Below are positions 26,929 through 37,737 of a stretch of DNA of 61,409 nt, one piece after another. The stretch comes from Candidatus Kerfeldbacteria bacterium CG08_land_8_20_14_0_20_40_16. Its GTDB lineage: Bacteria > Patescibacteriota > Patescibacteriia > UM-FILTER-42-10. The stretch covers positions 1-61,409 of the forward strand of contig PEXU01000049.1 in NCBI GenBank assembly GCA_002774635.1, read 5' to 3'. Positions within the stretch are counted from its first letter, which is position 1. Every line of letters begins with the position of its first letter. Both the position numbers and the translations under genes were made by a program. Under the pieces are notes generated by a model. That model was given only the letters and a program-made list of their open reading frames with translations. It made no database searches and had not been told where the DNA came from.

Positions 26929-27315
26929 TTACATTTTTATTTCTACATCCACTCCTGCCGGCAAACTCAGATTCATTAAGGTGTCAACGGTCTTGGCGGA
27001 AGGATCAATAATATCAATCAGACGCTTATGAACTCTCATTTCGTACTGTTCCCGTGAATTTTTATGGACAAAAGGAGAACGAATAACAGTGTACTTGCTT
27101 TTTTCGGTAGGGAGTGGTACGGGGCCACAAATTTTTGCTCCTGATCGCTCAGCAGTTTCAATAATCGTACGAGTTGACTGATCAATAATTTTATTGTCGT
27201 ACGCTTTAATTTTAATCCGAATCCGCTGATGAACAACTTCTTCTTCGTTATTTTCTTTATTTGTTCTCGGATTATCCCTATTTTCTGATGACTTCTTTTT
27301 CCCCTCAATTACCAT
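26929..27315 (-). CDS. rpsJ: 30S ribosomal protein S10 with N-terminal extension
   Basis: The core begins [17 protein letters not shown]. About 28 extra N-terminal residues. Confidence 0.9.
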   Translation of the reverse strand: MVIEGKKKSSENRDNPRTNKENNEEEVVHQRIRIKIKAYDNKIIDQSTRTIIETAERSGAKICGPVPLPTEKSKYTVIRSPFVHKNSREQYEMRVHKRLIDIIDPSAKTVDTLMNLSLPAGVDVEIKM

Positions 27316-27381
27316 TGATTATTCTATTTTTAACTTACTTTTAAATTAAGACGATGAGGCCACAATGACCTCATCATCCTT

Positions 27382-28590
27382 TTATTTTATTATTTTAGTT
27401 ACTACTCCGGCTCCTACCGTGTGTCCTCCTTCTCTAATAGCAAACCGTTGTTTTTCTTCTAAAGCAACCGGAACAATCAATTTTATCTTAAAGGTAACGG
27501 TATCACCAGGCATTACCATTTCGGTTCCTTCCGCTAGTTCAACCTCGCCTGTTACATCAGTCGTTCTGATATAGAATTGCGGCTTATATCCCTTAGTAAA
27601 AGGGGTGTGGCGGCCGCCTTCCTCTTTGGTTAAGATATATACTTCTCCTTCAAATTCAGTGTGAGGAGTTATCGTGCCAGGTTTGGCCAATACTTGTCCT
27701 CTTTCTACTTCATCCTTTTTAGTTCCTCTTAAAAGCACCCCCGCGTTATCACCTGCTCGGCCTTCATCCAACTGTTTATTGAACATCTCGATGCCAGTGA
27801 CCACTGTTTTTTGAGTATCCTTGATGCCTACGATCTCTACTTCGTTATTCAACTTTACCATTCCTCTTTCAATTTTTCCGGTCACTACCGTTCCTCTTCC
27901 TTCAATAGAGAAGATATCCTCAATCGGCATCAAAAAGTCTTTGTCCACTTCTCTTTTAGGATCGGGAATATAGCTGTCAATTGCGTCCAGTAGTTCCTGT
28001 ATACATTTTGTCGCTTCAGGATCGGTAGGGTTTTCTAAAGCTTTAAGTGCTGACCCTTTAATAATCGGAATCTGGTCTCCGGGAAATTCATATTTATTGA
28101 GCAGATCTTTAATTTCTACCTCTACTAGATCGATCAACTCTTTATCATCAACTTGATCAGTTTTATTTAAAAAAACCACAATATAAGGAACGCCCACCTG
28201 TCTGGCCAAAAGAATATGTTCTCTGGTTTGAGGCATTGGACCATCGGCAGCGGAAACAACTAGTACCGCACCGTCCATTTGGGCAGCGCCCGTAATCATA
28301 TTTTTAATGTAGTCGGCATGTCCTGGGCAATCTACGTGAGCATAGTGCCTTTTATCAGTCTCATATTCTACGTGAGCAGTAGCAATGGTAATCCCGCGCT
28401 CTTTTTCTTCGGGCGCATTGTCAATCTGATCCACTGATTTATCCTGCGCTTTTTTGCCCTGACCAAGAAGATATTTTAGAATGGCCGCGGTAAGCGTAGT
28501 TTTCCCATGATCAACGTGACCAATAGTGCCAACGTTTACGTGGGGTTTTGATCTGTCAAATTTTTCTGCCATAGCTTTTTCTTTACTCAA
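27382..28590 (-). CDS. tuf: elongation factor Tu
   Basis: [30 protein letters not shown]. An alternative start MAEKF is at 28572. Confidence 0.97.
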   Translation of the reverse strand: MSKEKAMAEKFDRSKPHVNVGTIGHVDHGKTTLTAAILKYLLGQGKKAQDKSVDQIDNAPEEKERGITIATAHVEYETDKRHYAHVDCPGHADYIKNMITGAAQMDGAVLVVSAADGPMPQTREHILLARQVGVPYIVVFLNKTDQVDDKELIDLVEVEIKDLLNKYEFPGDQIPIIKGSALKALENPTDPEATKCIQELLDAIDSYIPDPKREVDKDFLMPIEDIFSIEGRGTVVTGKIERGMVKLNNEVEIVGIKDTQKTVVTGIEMFNKQLDEGRAGDNAGVLLRGTKKDEVERGQVLAKPGTITPHTEFEGEVYILTKEEGGRHTPFTKGYKPQFYIRTTDVTGEVELAEGTEMVMPGDTVTFKIKLIVPVALEEKQRFAIREGGHTVGAGVVTKIIK

Positions 28591-28757
28591 TTAATTATAA
28601 ACTAAATTAAATTGGCTATTATATGCTTGAAAGTATAGATGATTATATCAGTGAAGAGAAATTTTGGCAAGTCATTTTGTTTTCTAACCATACACAAATA
28701 ATTCACAGTTATCCATTATTTGGCTAATTTAAGCCAAAATTGGCCCTTTATGATAAA

Positions 28758-29099
28758 CTAGAGAGGCTCTAAGGAAAAGTTTACCGGCGTAACTCTTAAT
28801 GTTTTTACAATCACTTCGTCTTCTGCTGGTTTATACCCCTCTGCTTCAACTCTAATCATGTAGGTGCCAGGATTCACTTTTATTACGGTCGGCGTTGTTC
28901 TGCCGGTATCTTCCCCATTAAGGAAGATCTTTGCCGCTACGTCCGGCGGCTCAACGGTAACTGATACTCTGATTCGGCCGCGGATAATTACTTCTACGAA
29001 ACTGGATTCTTCAATAGTATTAGTGCGATATATCCAGATTACCCCAATCATCAATAGAGTGAAAGAAATAAAAATAAACCATCGCATAAAAAGAGACAT
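28758..29099 (-). CDS. membrane-anchored PEGA-domain protein
   Basis: N-terminal TM helix, then IFLNGEDTGRTTPTVIKVNPGTYMIRVEAEGY, which is PEGA-like. Confidence 0.65.
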   Translation of the reverse strand: MSLFMRWFIFISFTLLMIGVIWIYRTNTIEESSFVEVIIRGRIRVSVTVEPPDVAAKIFLNGEDTGRTTPTVIKVNPGTYMIRVEAEGYKPAEDEVIVKTLRVTPVNFSLEPL

Positions 29100-29132
29100 G
29101 TTGTTTTTTGAAAGAATTAGCTCCCTTTTATT

Positions 29133-31214
29133 CTACTCCTTATTTTCAAGATCTTCAATTAAGCTATTGGCAACATTTTTGGGCACTTCTGAAAAATGGG
29201 AAAATTCCATCGAATAGCTCGCCCGGCCCTGGGTCATGGAACGAAGGGTAGTAGCATATCCAAACATTTCTGCCAGCGGAACTTCGGCATCAATTATTTT
29301 TTGCTTCAGCCTATCTCTCATCTCCCTAATATGTGCCCGTTTAGAATTCAAATCTCCAATTACATCTCCCATAAAATTTTCAGGAGTGATTACTTCAATT
29401 TTCATAATTGGCTCTAACAAAATCGGATCCGCCCTTCTTACTGCCGTCTGTAAAGCCATTGAACCAGCAATTTTGAACGCCGCTTCCGATGAATCAACTT
29501 CATGATACGATCCGTCAGTTAGAGTAGCTTTTAAATCAACCAAGGGATAACCGGCCAATACTCCATTGTCCATTGCTTCTTTGGCCCCCTTTTCAATGGC
29601 CGGAATATATTCTGAGGGAATATTACCCCCCTTCACTTTGTCAACAAATTCAAATCCTTTTCCACGCTCTAACGGCTCAACCGTTAGATAACAATGGCCA
29701 TATTGTCCTCGGCCGCCGGATTGTCGAATGTATTTTCCTTCTCCTTGTGCTTCAGTTTTAATTGTTTCTTTGTAGGCTACCCGAGGCCTTCCTACGTTGG
29801 CTTCTACCTTAAATTCTCTTTTCATTCGATCCACAATCACCTCTAAATGTAATTCGCCCATTCCTGAAATAATGGTCTGGGCTGTTTCTTCATCAGTTTT
29901 GACTCGGAAAGTAGGATCTTCTTCCGCCAATTGAGCGAGGGAGAAAGCCAGTTTTTCTTGATCGGCTTTAGTTTTAGGTTCAATGGCAATGGAAATAACC
30001 GGTTCGGGGAAAGTAATTTTTTCTAAAACAATAGGGTGATCCAAGTCGCAAAGAGTGTCACCGGTAGTGGTTTTCTTTAATCCTACTGCCGCTGCGATGT
30101 CACCGGCATAAACTTCTTTAACATCCTCCCGATGATTGGCGTGCAGACGAACAATTCTGCTAATTCTTTCTTTATTGCCAGTGGTTGTATTTAATACGTA
30201 AGAACCGGCCGCAAGGATGCCAGAATAAACTCTAAAGAAAGTCAACTTACCAACAAAGGGATCGGCTGCTACTTTAAATGCTAGAGCAGCAAAAGGAACT
30301 TCATCTTTAGTTTCTCTAATCTCTTTTTCTTCAGTGTCTGGATTTTCTCCTTCTACGGCGGGAACATTCAAAGGTGAAGGGAGATAGTCGTTAACCGCGT
30401 CCAGCAAAAACTGGATTCCTTTGTTTTTAAGGGCCGAACCGGTTAAAATAGGCACGATTTTATATTCCATAGTTGCTTCACGAAGCGTCTTTTTTAAATC
30501 TCCGATTGGTATCTCTTTTCCCTCCAAGTATTGCTGCAGAAGATTTTCGTCATTTTCCACAATTGCTTCAATCAGCTTATGACGGTACTCCTCTACTTTT
30601 TCTTTCATATCTTCCGGCATGTCGGTTTCTTCCCATTCCTTACCCATTTCATCTTTATAGATTATGGCCTTCCTGGTAAGAAGGTCAATAACGCCCTTAA
30701 AATTTTCTTCTGCTCCGATAGGCAGTTGAATAGGATAGGCATTTTTAGTTAATCTTTCGTGAATAGAATCTAGATCGGCATAAAAATTAGCGCCCATCCG
30801 ATCCATTTTATTAATAAAACACAAACGGGGGACTTCATATTTATCAGCCTGATGCCATACTGTTTCTGATTGAGGCTCAACTCCAGCCACTCCATCAAAA
30901 ATCACTACCCCTCCATCCAGCACCCTTAAAGAGCGCTGTACTTCTACGGTAAAATCAATATGGCCGGGAGTATCAATAATATTGATCCGGTGGTCTTTCC
31001 AAAAGCAGGTGGTTGCGGCAGCCGTTATGGTTATTCCCCTTTCTTTCTCCTGTTCCATCCAGTCCATTTCGGCTTCTCCTTCATGCACTTCCCCTATTTT
31101 ATGTTTTTTTCCCGTATAATAAAGAATCCGTTCGGTAACGGTTGTTTTGCCCGCATCAATGTGGGCAATTATTCCTATATTCCGGGTCTTCTCAAGATTG
31201 TATTCTCTGGGCAT
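29133..31214 (-). CDS. fusA: elongation factor G
   Basis: [28 protein letters not shown] at 31214 preferred over the track start at 31250. Confidence 0.97.
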   Translation of the reverse strand: MPREYNLEKTRNIGIIAHIDAGKTTVTERILYYTGKKHKIGEVHEGEAEMDWMEQEKERGITITAAATTCFWKDHRINIIDTPGHIDFTVEVQRSLRVLDGGVVIFDGVAGVEPQSETVWHQADKYEVPRLCFINKMDRMGANFYADLDSIHERLTKNAYPIQLPIGAEENFKGVIDLLTRKAIIYKDEMGKEWEETDMPEDMKEKVEEYRHKLIEAIVENDENLLQQYLEGKEIPIGDLKKTLREATMEYKIVPILTGSALKNKGIQFLLDAVNDYLPSPLNVPAVEGENPDTEEKEIRETKDEVPFAALAFKVAADPFVGKLTFFRVYSGILAAGSYVLNTTTGNKERISRIVRLHANHREDVKEVYAGDIAAAVGLKKTTTGDTLCDLDHPIVLEKITFPEPVISIAIEPKTKADQEKLAFSLAQLAEEDPTFRVKTDEETAQTIISGMGELHLEVIVDRMKREFKVEANVGRPRVAYKETIKTEAQGEGKYIRQSGGRGQYGHCYLTVEPLERGKGFEFVDKVKGGNIPSEYIPAIEKGAKEAMDNGVLAGYPLVDLKATLTDGSYHEVDSSEAAFKIAGSMALQTAVRRADPILLEPIMKIEVITPENFMGDVIGDLNSKRAHIREMRDRLKQKIIDAEVPLAEMFGYATTLRSMTQGRASYSMEFSHFSEVPKNVANSLIEDLENKE

Positions 31215-31337
31215 CTTCAAAAATTTATAATAATGAGCACTAAGTAACAAAATTTGAATTGCTAGCCAAAGTTATTAGTTACTGATTACCGTTCAATTTA
31301 CTGAAATTATACATTATAAATTTTAAATTATAAATTA

Positions 31338-31802
31338 TTATGCGAAGTGGGCGAAGGCGCGGTTAGCTTCGGCCATGCGATGCACATCTTCCTTCTTTTT
31401 AATTGCTGCCCCTTGCTGATTAGCGGCATCCGTTAGCTCCTGTGCCAATTTTTCCTGCATTGGTTTTCCTTTTTTTTCTTTGGCCGCCTTAATAATCCAA
31501 CGCATTGCCAGAGTTGTCCGTCGTTCTCCTTTTACCTCCACTGGTATCTGATAGTTCGCCCCCCCGATTCTTCGGGCTTTCACCTCAACGACCGGAGAGA
31601 CATTCTTAATCGCCTGATCAAAGACATCCAAGGGGTCTTTCTTTATCTTTTCTTTAATTGTATCCAAAGCACCATAAACAATCCTTTCGGCAGTCGATTT
31701 TTTGCCGCGACGCATAATGTGATTAATAAATTTAGCAATAATAATGCTGCTATACTTAAAATCAGGTTGAATCTTTCTTTTTGGTGCTTTCTTTCCGCGC
31801 AT
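31338..31802 (-). CDS. rpsG: 30S ribosomal protein S7
   Basis: Sequence and str-operon order. Confidence 0.95.
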   Translation of the reverse strand: MRGKKAPKRKIQPDFKYSSIIIAKFINHIMRRGKKSTAERIVYGALDTIKEKIKKDPLDVFDQAIKNVSPVVEVKARRIGGANYQIPVEVKGERRTTLAMRWIIKAAKEKKGKPMQEKLAQELTDAANQQGAAIKKKEDVHRMAEANRAFAHFA

Positions 31803-31812
31803 CTATTTAATA

Positions 31813-32244
31813 TTAACTTTCTTTTTTAACCTTTTCCTTTTTCGCTCCATAAAGACTGCGACCTTGCTTTCTACCTTCCACCCCTTGGGTATCATAAACT
31901 CCTCTAACAACATGATAGCGCACTCCGGGTAAATCCTTTACTCTTCCGCCCCTGATCATAACTATGGAATGTTCTTGAAGATTGTGGCCAATTCCGGGAA
32001 TATAGGCCGTAACTTCCATACCATTAGAAAGCTTAACGCGGGCTATCTTTCGGAGAGCGGAATTAGGTTTTTTAGGAGTGGTAGTAGTTACCTTAACACA
32101 GATTCCCTGTTTAAAAGGTGAACCTTTGGGTAGTTTGCTTCGTTTTCTTTTTAGAGGATTTAAAGTAGTCTCTAGAGCAGGAGTCTTGGATTTCTTTTTC
32201 TGACTTTTTCGTCCTCTTTTTACTAATTGGTTTATAGTTGGCAT
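31813..32244 (-). CDS. rpsL: 30S ribosomal protein S12
   Basis: [13 protein letters not shown]...[10 protein letters not shown]. Confidence 0.95.
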   Translation of the reverse strand: MPTINQLVKRGRKSQKKKSKTPALETTLNPLKRKRSKLPKGSPFKQGICVKVTTTTPKKPNSALRKIARVKLSNGMEVTAYIPGIGHNLQEHSIVMIRGGRVKDLPGVRYHVVRGVYDTQGVEGRKQGRSLYGAKKEKVKKES

Positions 32245-32287
32245 TTAGGATAAAAAAAATAATCTTGCTTAAGATATTTTCAAATAA

Positions 32288-32316
32288 AGTCTAGCAAATA
32301 TGGATAAATACGTCAA
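32288..32316 (-). promoter_or_regulatory. candidate sigma70-type promoter for the str operon
   Basis: Minus strand reads TTGACG-17 nt-TAGACT, about 45 nt upstream of the rpsL ATG. Confidence 0.35.
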
Positions 32317-32439
32317 TGAGCTAAAGCTTAAGATGGCCTAAGAAGACAAAAAAGGCTAATCGGGGCTTGTTTCCAAGGTTTTCCTCTACCCTTCTTCAGC
32401 CTCTACTGTTCTCTTTTACTTCCTGATAAAAACGAGACT

Positions 32440-33078
32440 CTACCCAAAAACTCTAAAAATTAGATCGGAAGCGACTTGAAAAACAGAGGCGAAAATAGAA
32501 AGACCAAAAAAACTATCCAAAACAATAAGCCCTAAAAGCAATAAAGGGCCCGAGCGTTCGAACGACCGCTTAAAACTATCGGCGGAAGGGGGCAAAAAAG
32601 CATATAAAATGTGATGACCATCTAAGGGAGGAATGGGTATTAAATTAAAAACTCCCAGAATTAGGTTAATCTGAATCAAAGCAACCAGAAAGATGGCCAG
32701 CATATTACCCGTATCCAAGCTTGTATAAGCCAGTAAGAGTTTGAGAGTAAAACCAAAAATGAACATGGCAATAAAATTAGACAGTGGCCCTAATAAAGAA
32801 ATAATCACCGGCCCCCAGCGACGATACCTAATATTAAAAGGATTATAAACAACTGGTTTTCCCCAGCCAAAACCGGCAAAAAGTAAAACCATGAATCCCA
32901 AAAAATCCAGATGAGCTAGGGGATTAAGCGTTAAGCGACCATCATATTTGGGGGTTCGATCACCTAAGAGAGTTGCTCCAAAGGCATGAGAAAACTCATG
33001 AATTGTTATGCCAAATATAATAGCCATAATCCAGGCTAGAAATATCGCGGGTTCCCTAAAAAGAAGGCTAAGAATCAT
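32440..33078 (-). CDS. site-2 protease family (peptidase M50) membrane metalloprotease
   Basis: HEFSHAFGA (HExxH) and NLIPIPPLDG motifs. Polytopic. Confidence 0.8.
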   Translation of the reverse strand: MILSLLFREPAIFLAWIMAIIFGITIHEFSHAFGATLLGDRTPKYDGRLTLNPLAHLDFLGFMVLLFAGFGWGKPVVYNPFNIRYRRWGPVIISLLGPLSNFIAMFIFGFTLKLLLAYTSLDTGNMLAIFLVALIQINLILGVFNLIPIPPLDGHHILYAFLPPSADSFKRSFERSGPLLLLGLIVLDSFFGLSIFASVFQVASDLIFRVFG

Positions 33079-33168
33079 TTTTTTCTTGATTTAGTAAAAA
33101 GAATATGTTAATCTTATATAGAACTTTTAAGAGTTTTCTTTTTTATCCTTAATTCTGTGAAAAAAACT

Positions 33169-33345
33169 ATGGGCCGATTTTGTCAAATTTGTGGGAGAGG
33201 CGCACTCACCAGTGTCTCAAGAAGTCATTCTAACATCGCTACTAAAAGACGGCAATATTTGAATTTACAAAAAACCGTTTATCAAGGAAAAAGAGTAAAA
33301 GCTTGTGCTCGCTGTATTAAAAGCCAAACTAAAATAAAAAAATAA
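33169..33345 (+). CDS. rpmB: 50S ribosomal protein L28
   Basis: MGRFCQICGRGALTSVSRSHSN...NLQK. ATG at 33169 preferred over GTG at 33157. Confidence 0.85.
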   Translation: MGRFCQICGRGALTSVSRSHSNIATKRRQYLNLQKTVYQGKRVKACARCIKSQTKIKK

Positions 33346-33445
33346 TTTTTTGTGCTTTTGTCAAGAATAGGAACACCCCAATGCTAAGCATTAGGGCTTG
33401 TTTTATTATTTAAAATGTAGATAACAGCATGTCCTGCACGCCGTA

Positions 33446-33463
33446 GTCCCGTGGACGCGGGAC
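33446..33463. repeat. GC hairpin gtcccgtg gac gcgggac preceded by GTAG
   Basis: The 16-nt core tcccgYggacgcggga matches 26867-26882 at 15 of 16 positions. Lies in the convergent rpmB/MscS spacer. Confidence 0.75.
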
Positions 33464-33540
33464 GAAGGCATGTCAACCTGAACACTTGCTTCGAAAGTAC
33501 AGAGGATTAAGGAAATCCTTTTCTTAAAAGGATTTTTGTT

Positions 33541-34365
33541 TTATTTTGCCTGTTTCGAAAAAGGAGATTCAATCCTTGCTTGATCAAACTCTTTTTTTAT
33601 CCGTTTTCTTAATTCTCGGGTCAGATCCCATTGTCTAAGGGATTTTGTTTTTCCTAAAATCTTAAAAACAATTACTGACCCTTCAAATTTATCTAGGCCT
33701 AATACTGTCGGCGCTTCAAGAAAAAAATCTCTGTATTCAGGATCCTGATGTAATTCCTGACTAATCTTATTGAGCAGGCCGACTACTTGATCAGGATCAG
33801 CGCTAGAGGAAACGGGCACATCTAAATTTATGCGGGACCAGTCTTTAGTAAGATTAGAAGCTGTCTTTATCTCGCTATTGGGGATGTGATGTTGTATGCC
33901 ATCAAGATCTCTTAAAACAGTTCTTCTTAAATTCAAACTTTCCACCACTCCTGATTTATCCCCTATTTTTACCACGTCGCCGATTCCATACTGATCTTCA
34001 ATGATAATAAATAAACCGGACAAAAAATCACGCACTAGATTTTGAGAACCGAATCCTATGGCTAATCCGATAATCCCTGCTCCAGCCAGAAGAGGTGCTA
34101 TTTCTATTCCTACCTCTGGCAGAATCATAAGCAAAACGATAACCGATAGCACTAAAGTGGACGTAGTATTAAAAACATTAGAAAGGGTTTTTGCTCTTTC
34201 CTTAATTTCTCTAGCATCACGATTTTTTTGCTTCCTGACTACAAATCTTCCGATCGCTTTATCAGCATAACGATCAATCAATCGATCCACTACAATTGCC
34301 AGCAGAATTATGATCACAATTTTTATTCCGTGATCTTTAAGCCAAGATATAATCGCTTCATTCAT
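33541..34365 (-). CDS. mechanosensitive channel, MscS family
   Basis: 3 TM helices plus the beta-domain motif GIGDVVKIGDKSGVVESLNLRRT. Confidence 0.85.
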   Translation of the reverse strand: MNEAIISWLKDHGIKIVIIILLAIVVDRLIDRYADKAIGRFVVRKQKNRDAREIKERAKTLSNVFNTTSTLVLSVIVLLMILPEVGIEIAPLLAGAGIIGLAIGFGSQNLVRDFLSGLFIIIEDQYGIGDVVKIGDKSGVVESLNLRRTVLRDLDGIQHHIPNSEIKTASNLTKDWSRINLDVPVSSSADPDQVVGLLNKISQELHQDPEYRDFFLEAPTVLGLDKFEGSVIVFKILGKTKSLRQWDLTRELRKRIKKEFDQARIESPFSKQAK

Positions 34366-34422
34366 ATAGATAAAATAACATATAAGCTTTAGGATTGAAA
34401 GAATAGATATCTTCTAAGCTTC

Positions 34423-37116
34423 TTATCTTTTATTCCTAAGAATAAAAATATGCTTGGTTAATTCAATTAGAACAATGATTATAACACAAGCGATGCCAAT
34501 AATCACCCAATCTTCAAATCGGAGAGCAACTGTTCTAAAAACCTTTTGGAGAGGCGAAAAATAAACAGCCATTAACTGCATAATAAATCCGGTCAGCACA
34601 GCATAAATAAGATAACGATTTGAGGAAAACTTTTCGACAAAAACTGAATGACGAAGTGACCTTATGCTAAAAACATAAAACAAAGTACTAACCGCAAAAA
34701 AAGTAAAAATGATTGTTTGCACTCTAACCAACTCCCAACCATTTCGGATTAAAAATAAAAACAATAATAAACTCCCCAAACCTAGAACCACGCTGATTAA
34801 TAACGTTAGTATCTTCATCTCTTTGGTAAAAAAGTTCTGATTATGACCTAGGGGTTTTTCGGTCATTATCTCTTTTTCTTCAGGATCAAACGTTAAAGCA
34901 ATACTCGGAAAACTGTCATCAATTAAATTTATCCAGAGAATCTGAGAAGCAAGTAAGGGGAGGGGGAAATCTTTCACAAAAAAAGCATTAATTATAATTG
35001 CGCCCGTTATAAGTATCATCTCGGATAAACTATCGGATAAAAGATAAAGAATTACCTTCTTAATATTATTAAAAATAATTCTTCCTTCTCTCACTGCCGC
35101 AACGATAGTCCTGAAATTATCATCAAGAATTACCATATCAGAAGTCTCTTTGGCCACATCAGAACCGGAACCGAGGGCAATTCCTATATCTGCTGTCTTA
35201 AGGGCGGGAGCATCATTAACACCATCTCCGGTCATCGCTACCACCTCTCCTTTTTCTTGCCAAGCATCAACAATTTGCAGTTTATCTTTTGGAGTTACTC
35301 GAGCATAAACAGAAATATCTCTAATTCGTTTTACTAACTCTTTATGGGTAAGTTTTACTAAATCTTTTCCTTCTAAGATATTTTCGGCTTTGCTTTTTAG
35401 GCCTAATTCCTTAGCAATTGCCTGCGCCGTTAATTTATGATCACCCGTTATCATCACAATATTGATTCCGGCCTTCTTACATAACTCGATAGTTTCTTTT
35501 GTTTTCTTACGTAGAGGATCTTTTATGCCGACAAATCCTAAGAATATGAATTGATCTGATAATTCCTTTAACTGCTTTAGATTACCTAGATTTTCTGCCT
35601 TTGAATTAACTAATTGATAGCCAAAAGCTAAAGTTCTTAATCCCGTTCTGCTCATTTCTTCAAATTCATTTTGGAACTTCTTCTTTAAAGAAAGACTCAT
35701 TGGCTTAATAGCTTTGCCATTTTGAATTCGCTTAGACATTTCGAGAACCTTTTCGGGTGCTCCTTTTAGATAAATAACTTTCTTATCTTTTTGTTGATGG
35801 AGAGTCAACATATATTTCTTATCAGAATCAAATGGAATTTCATCTAAACAAGGTTCTTCTTTTTCTAAATCTTCTCGATAAAAGCCTAATCTGGCTCCCA
35901 CGGAAAGAAGAGACTTTTCAGTAGGATTACCGATCATTTTCCATTTTGAAAATTCATCCTGCGGATTCTGAATTACAGCGTCATTGCTAAGAACCCCGAT
36001 TTTAAACAGCAGTACCAATTCCATGCTTTCTTTAATCTGCGGAGTGCTAGCATAATGCTGTGCCGGAGAAAGATCATGATTCAGGGTAACTAATTTTGAT
36101 ACCCGCATATCTCCTTCGGTTAAAGTACCTGTTTTATCAACACAGATCACGGTTGTAGAACCAAGGGTTTCCGCGGCAACCAATTTCTTAACTAAGGCTT
36201 TTTGCTTTAAAATCCTCTGCATCCCTACTGCTAGAATGGCAGTCACAGCAATCACTAACCCTTCCGGTATGGCAGAAATTGCTATAGCCACCGAGGTAAT
36301 AAAGATCTGAGTAAAACCAATCCCTTCTATTACTCCAATGAGAAAAATCACGAATGACACTCCTATCGTGATATAACCTAATAAACGACTGAAATGATCT
36401 AACTTTTTCTGAAAGGGAGTTCTTTCTTCCGAAGTTTCTCTGATTAAAGTTGCTATTTTTCCCAGCTCAGTATTAACTCCTGTATCGGTAACCACGAATT
36501 CCCCTACTCCGGTAACTACTACCGTACCCATAAACACCATATTTTTTTGTTCTGCGATAACCAAATCATTTTTCAGTTGATCAGTTATTTTTTTAACTGG
36601 AATTGATTCGCCAGTCAGGCTTGCTTCATTTACTTCAAAATTTTTGCTGAAAATGAGACGTCCATCAGCAGGGACTTTATCGCCCGCTTTAAGCAACACT
36701 ACATCTCCGGGCACCAATTCTTCTGCTTTAATTTCTTTTTCCCGACCATTTCTTATTACTCGGGCATAAAAAGTGATTACTTTTTTCAATGTTTCCATTG
36801 CCTTTACCGCTTTGTATTCCTGAATAAAACCAACCGCTACGTTTACCAAAACAGCGGCTAAAATGACATACATATCAATCAAATCCTCAAGAAAAAAGCT
36901 GATTAGGGCTGCCCCCAGTAAAATATAGACTAATGAATTTTTAAATTGATTGACCAATAAAAAAAACCACGGGATCATCTTTTCTTCCGGCAGTTTATTA
37001 AGACCGTGGTGTTTTAATCTTGATTTAGCCTCAATATCCGATAAACCCTCTTTTTTGGTTTTAAAAGCTTTTAGTACTTCTTCTATCGACTGACTAAAAT
37101 ACTTTTTCTTCGGCAT
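34423..37116 (-). CDS. P-type cation-transporting ATPase (P2, Ca2+/Mg2+-ATPase-like)
   Basis: DKTGTLT phosphorylation site, TGES, MITGDH, TGDGVNDAPALK, 10 TM helices. Confidence 0.9.
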   Translation of the reverse strand: MPKKKYFSQSIEEVLKAFKTKKEGLSDIEAKSRLKHHGLNKLPEEKMIPWFFLLVNQFKNSLVYILLGAALISFFLEDLIDMYVILAAVLVNVAVGFIQEYKAVKAMETLKKVITFYARVIRNGREKEIKAEELVPGDVVLLKAGDKVPADGRLIFSKNFEVNEASLTGESIPVKKITDQLKNDLVIAEQKNMVFMGTVVVTGVGEFVVTDTGVNTELGKIATLIRETSEERTPFQKKLDHFSRLLGYITIGVSFVIFLIGVIEGIGFTQIFITSVAIAISAIPEGLVIAVTAILAVGMQRILKQKALVKKLVAAETLGSTTVICVDKTGTLTEGDMRVSKLVTLNHDLSPAQHYASTPQIKESMELVLLFKIGVLSNDAVIQNPQDEFSKWKMIGNPTEKSLLSVGARLGFYREDLEKEEPCLDEIPFDSDKKYMLTLHQQKDKKVIYLKGAPEKVLEMSKRIQNGKAIKPMSLSLKKKFQNEFEEMSRTGLRTLAFGYQLVNSKAENLGNLKQLKELSDQFIFLGFVGIKDPLRKKTKETIELCKKAGINIVMITGDHKLTAQAIAKELGLKSKAENILEGKDLVKLTHKELVKRIRDISVYARVTPKDKLQIVDAWQEKGEVVAMTGDGVNDAPALKTADIGIALGSGSDVAKETSDMVILDDNFRTIVAAVREGRIIFNNIKKVILYLLSDSLSEMILITGAIIINAFFVKDFPLPLLASQILWINLIDDSFPSIALTFDPEEKEIMTEKPLGHNQNFFTKEMKILTLLISVVLGLGSLLLFLFLIRNGWELVRVQTIIFTFFAVSTLFYVFSIRSLRHSVFVEKFSSNRYLIYAVLTGFIMQLMAVYFSPLQKVFRTVALRFEDWVIIGIACVIIIVLIELTKHIFILRNKR

Positions 37117-37320
37117 GTTTTAAATTATAACATAAAAAGACCTAAAAACAAAAACACTTTTTCTAGTGTTTTTAGATTGAACTGTTATCTATTAAGCTTC
37201 GGTAATCCTCTCGCACTTCTTAGCCAAATCTTCCAGCCGCCACTCTGCTTTAATTAAATACTCTGCGCCTTGTGCTTCTGAAGCTCCGCTAAGAATATAG
37301 GAGTACTTGATAAAATTGTG

Positions 37321-37349
37321 TTGACAAAAATTATTTATTGACTTAGGAT
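37321..37349 (+). promoter_or_regulatory. candidate promoter for the small Zn-ribbon ORF
   Basis: TTGACA-17 nt-TAGGAT. Confidence 0.35.
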
Positions 37350-37389
37350 AGTTCTATTACTGTTCTTTTACTTGACCGTTCTTTGAATT

Positions 37390-37605
37390 ATGGCGGAGGA
37401 AACGATGAGTAAAGTTAAAGAAATAAAATGGCCGCAAAAATTAATTCTATCTTGTGGCTGTTGTAACAGATCAACCCGCTGGCTTTCAGTGGATGGAAAA
37501 TGTTTTGATTGCACCAAAGAGACGACAAAAGGAAAAAGAGTAATTATTGTCACGGCCATCGATAATTTCAAAGGTGCTAATGATTTGAGTGACGAGGAAG
37601 ATTAA
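37390..37605 (+). CDS. small CxxC...CxxC zinc-ribbon protein with acidic tail
   Basis: 71 aa with SCGCCNR...CFDC. Has its own candidate promoter and terminator. Confidence 0.45.
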   Translation: MAEETMSKVKEIKWPQKLILSCGCCNRSTRWLSVDGKCFDCTKETTKGKRVIIVTAIDNFKGANDLSDEED

Positions 37606-37623
37606 CTTTCTTTTTGGTTCAAA

Positions 37624-37651
37624 AAACCACTCCTTGGGGTGGTTTATTTTT
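37624..37651 (+). terminator. rho-independent terminator
   Basis: aaccac...gtggtt stem followed by tattttttt. Confidence 0.6.
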
Positions 37652-37737
37652 TTATCAATAGGTTGCCTTAAAATTACTCTCCAAAACTAGTGGCTTAGGA
37701 CTTTATAACCATTTATTTTATAGTCTTGGGTCGGGGT

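Noticed and set aside
27036-27308. 90-aa ORF in an alternative frame inside rpsJ. The same applies to 44250-44480, 45825-46181, 38927-39109 and 48819-49022.
   Set aside because: These are same-strand overlapping frames within genes that have clear homology in the main frame.
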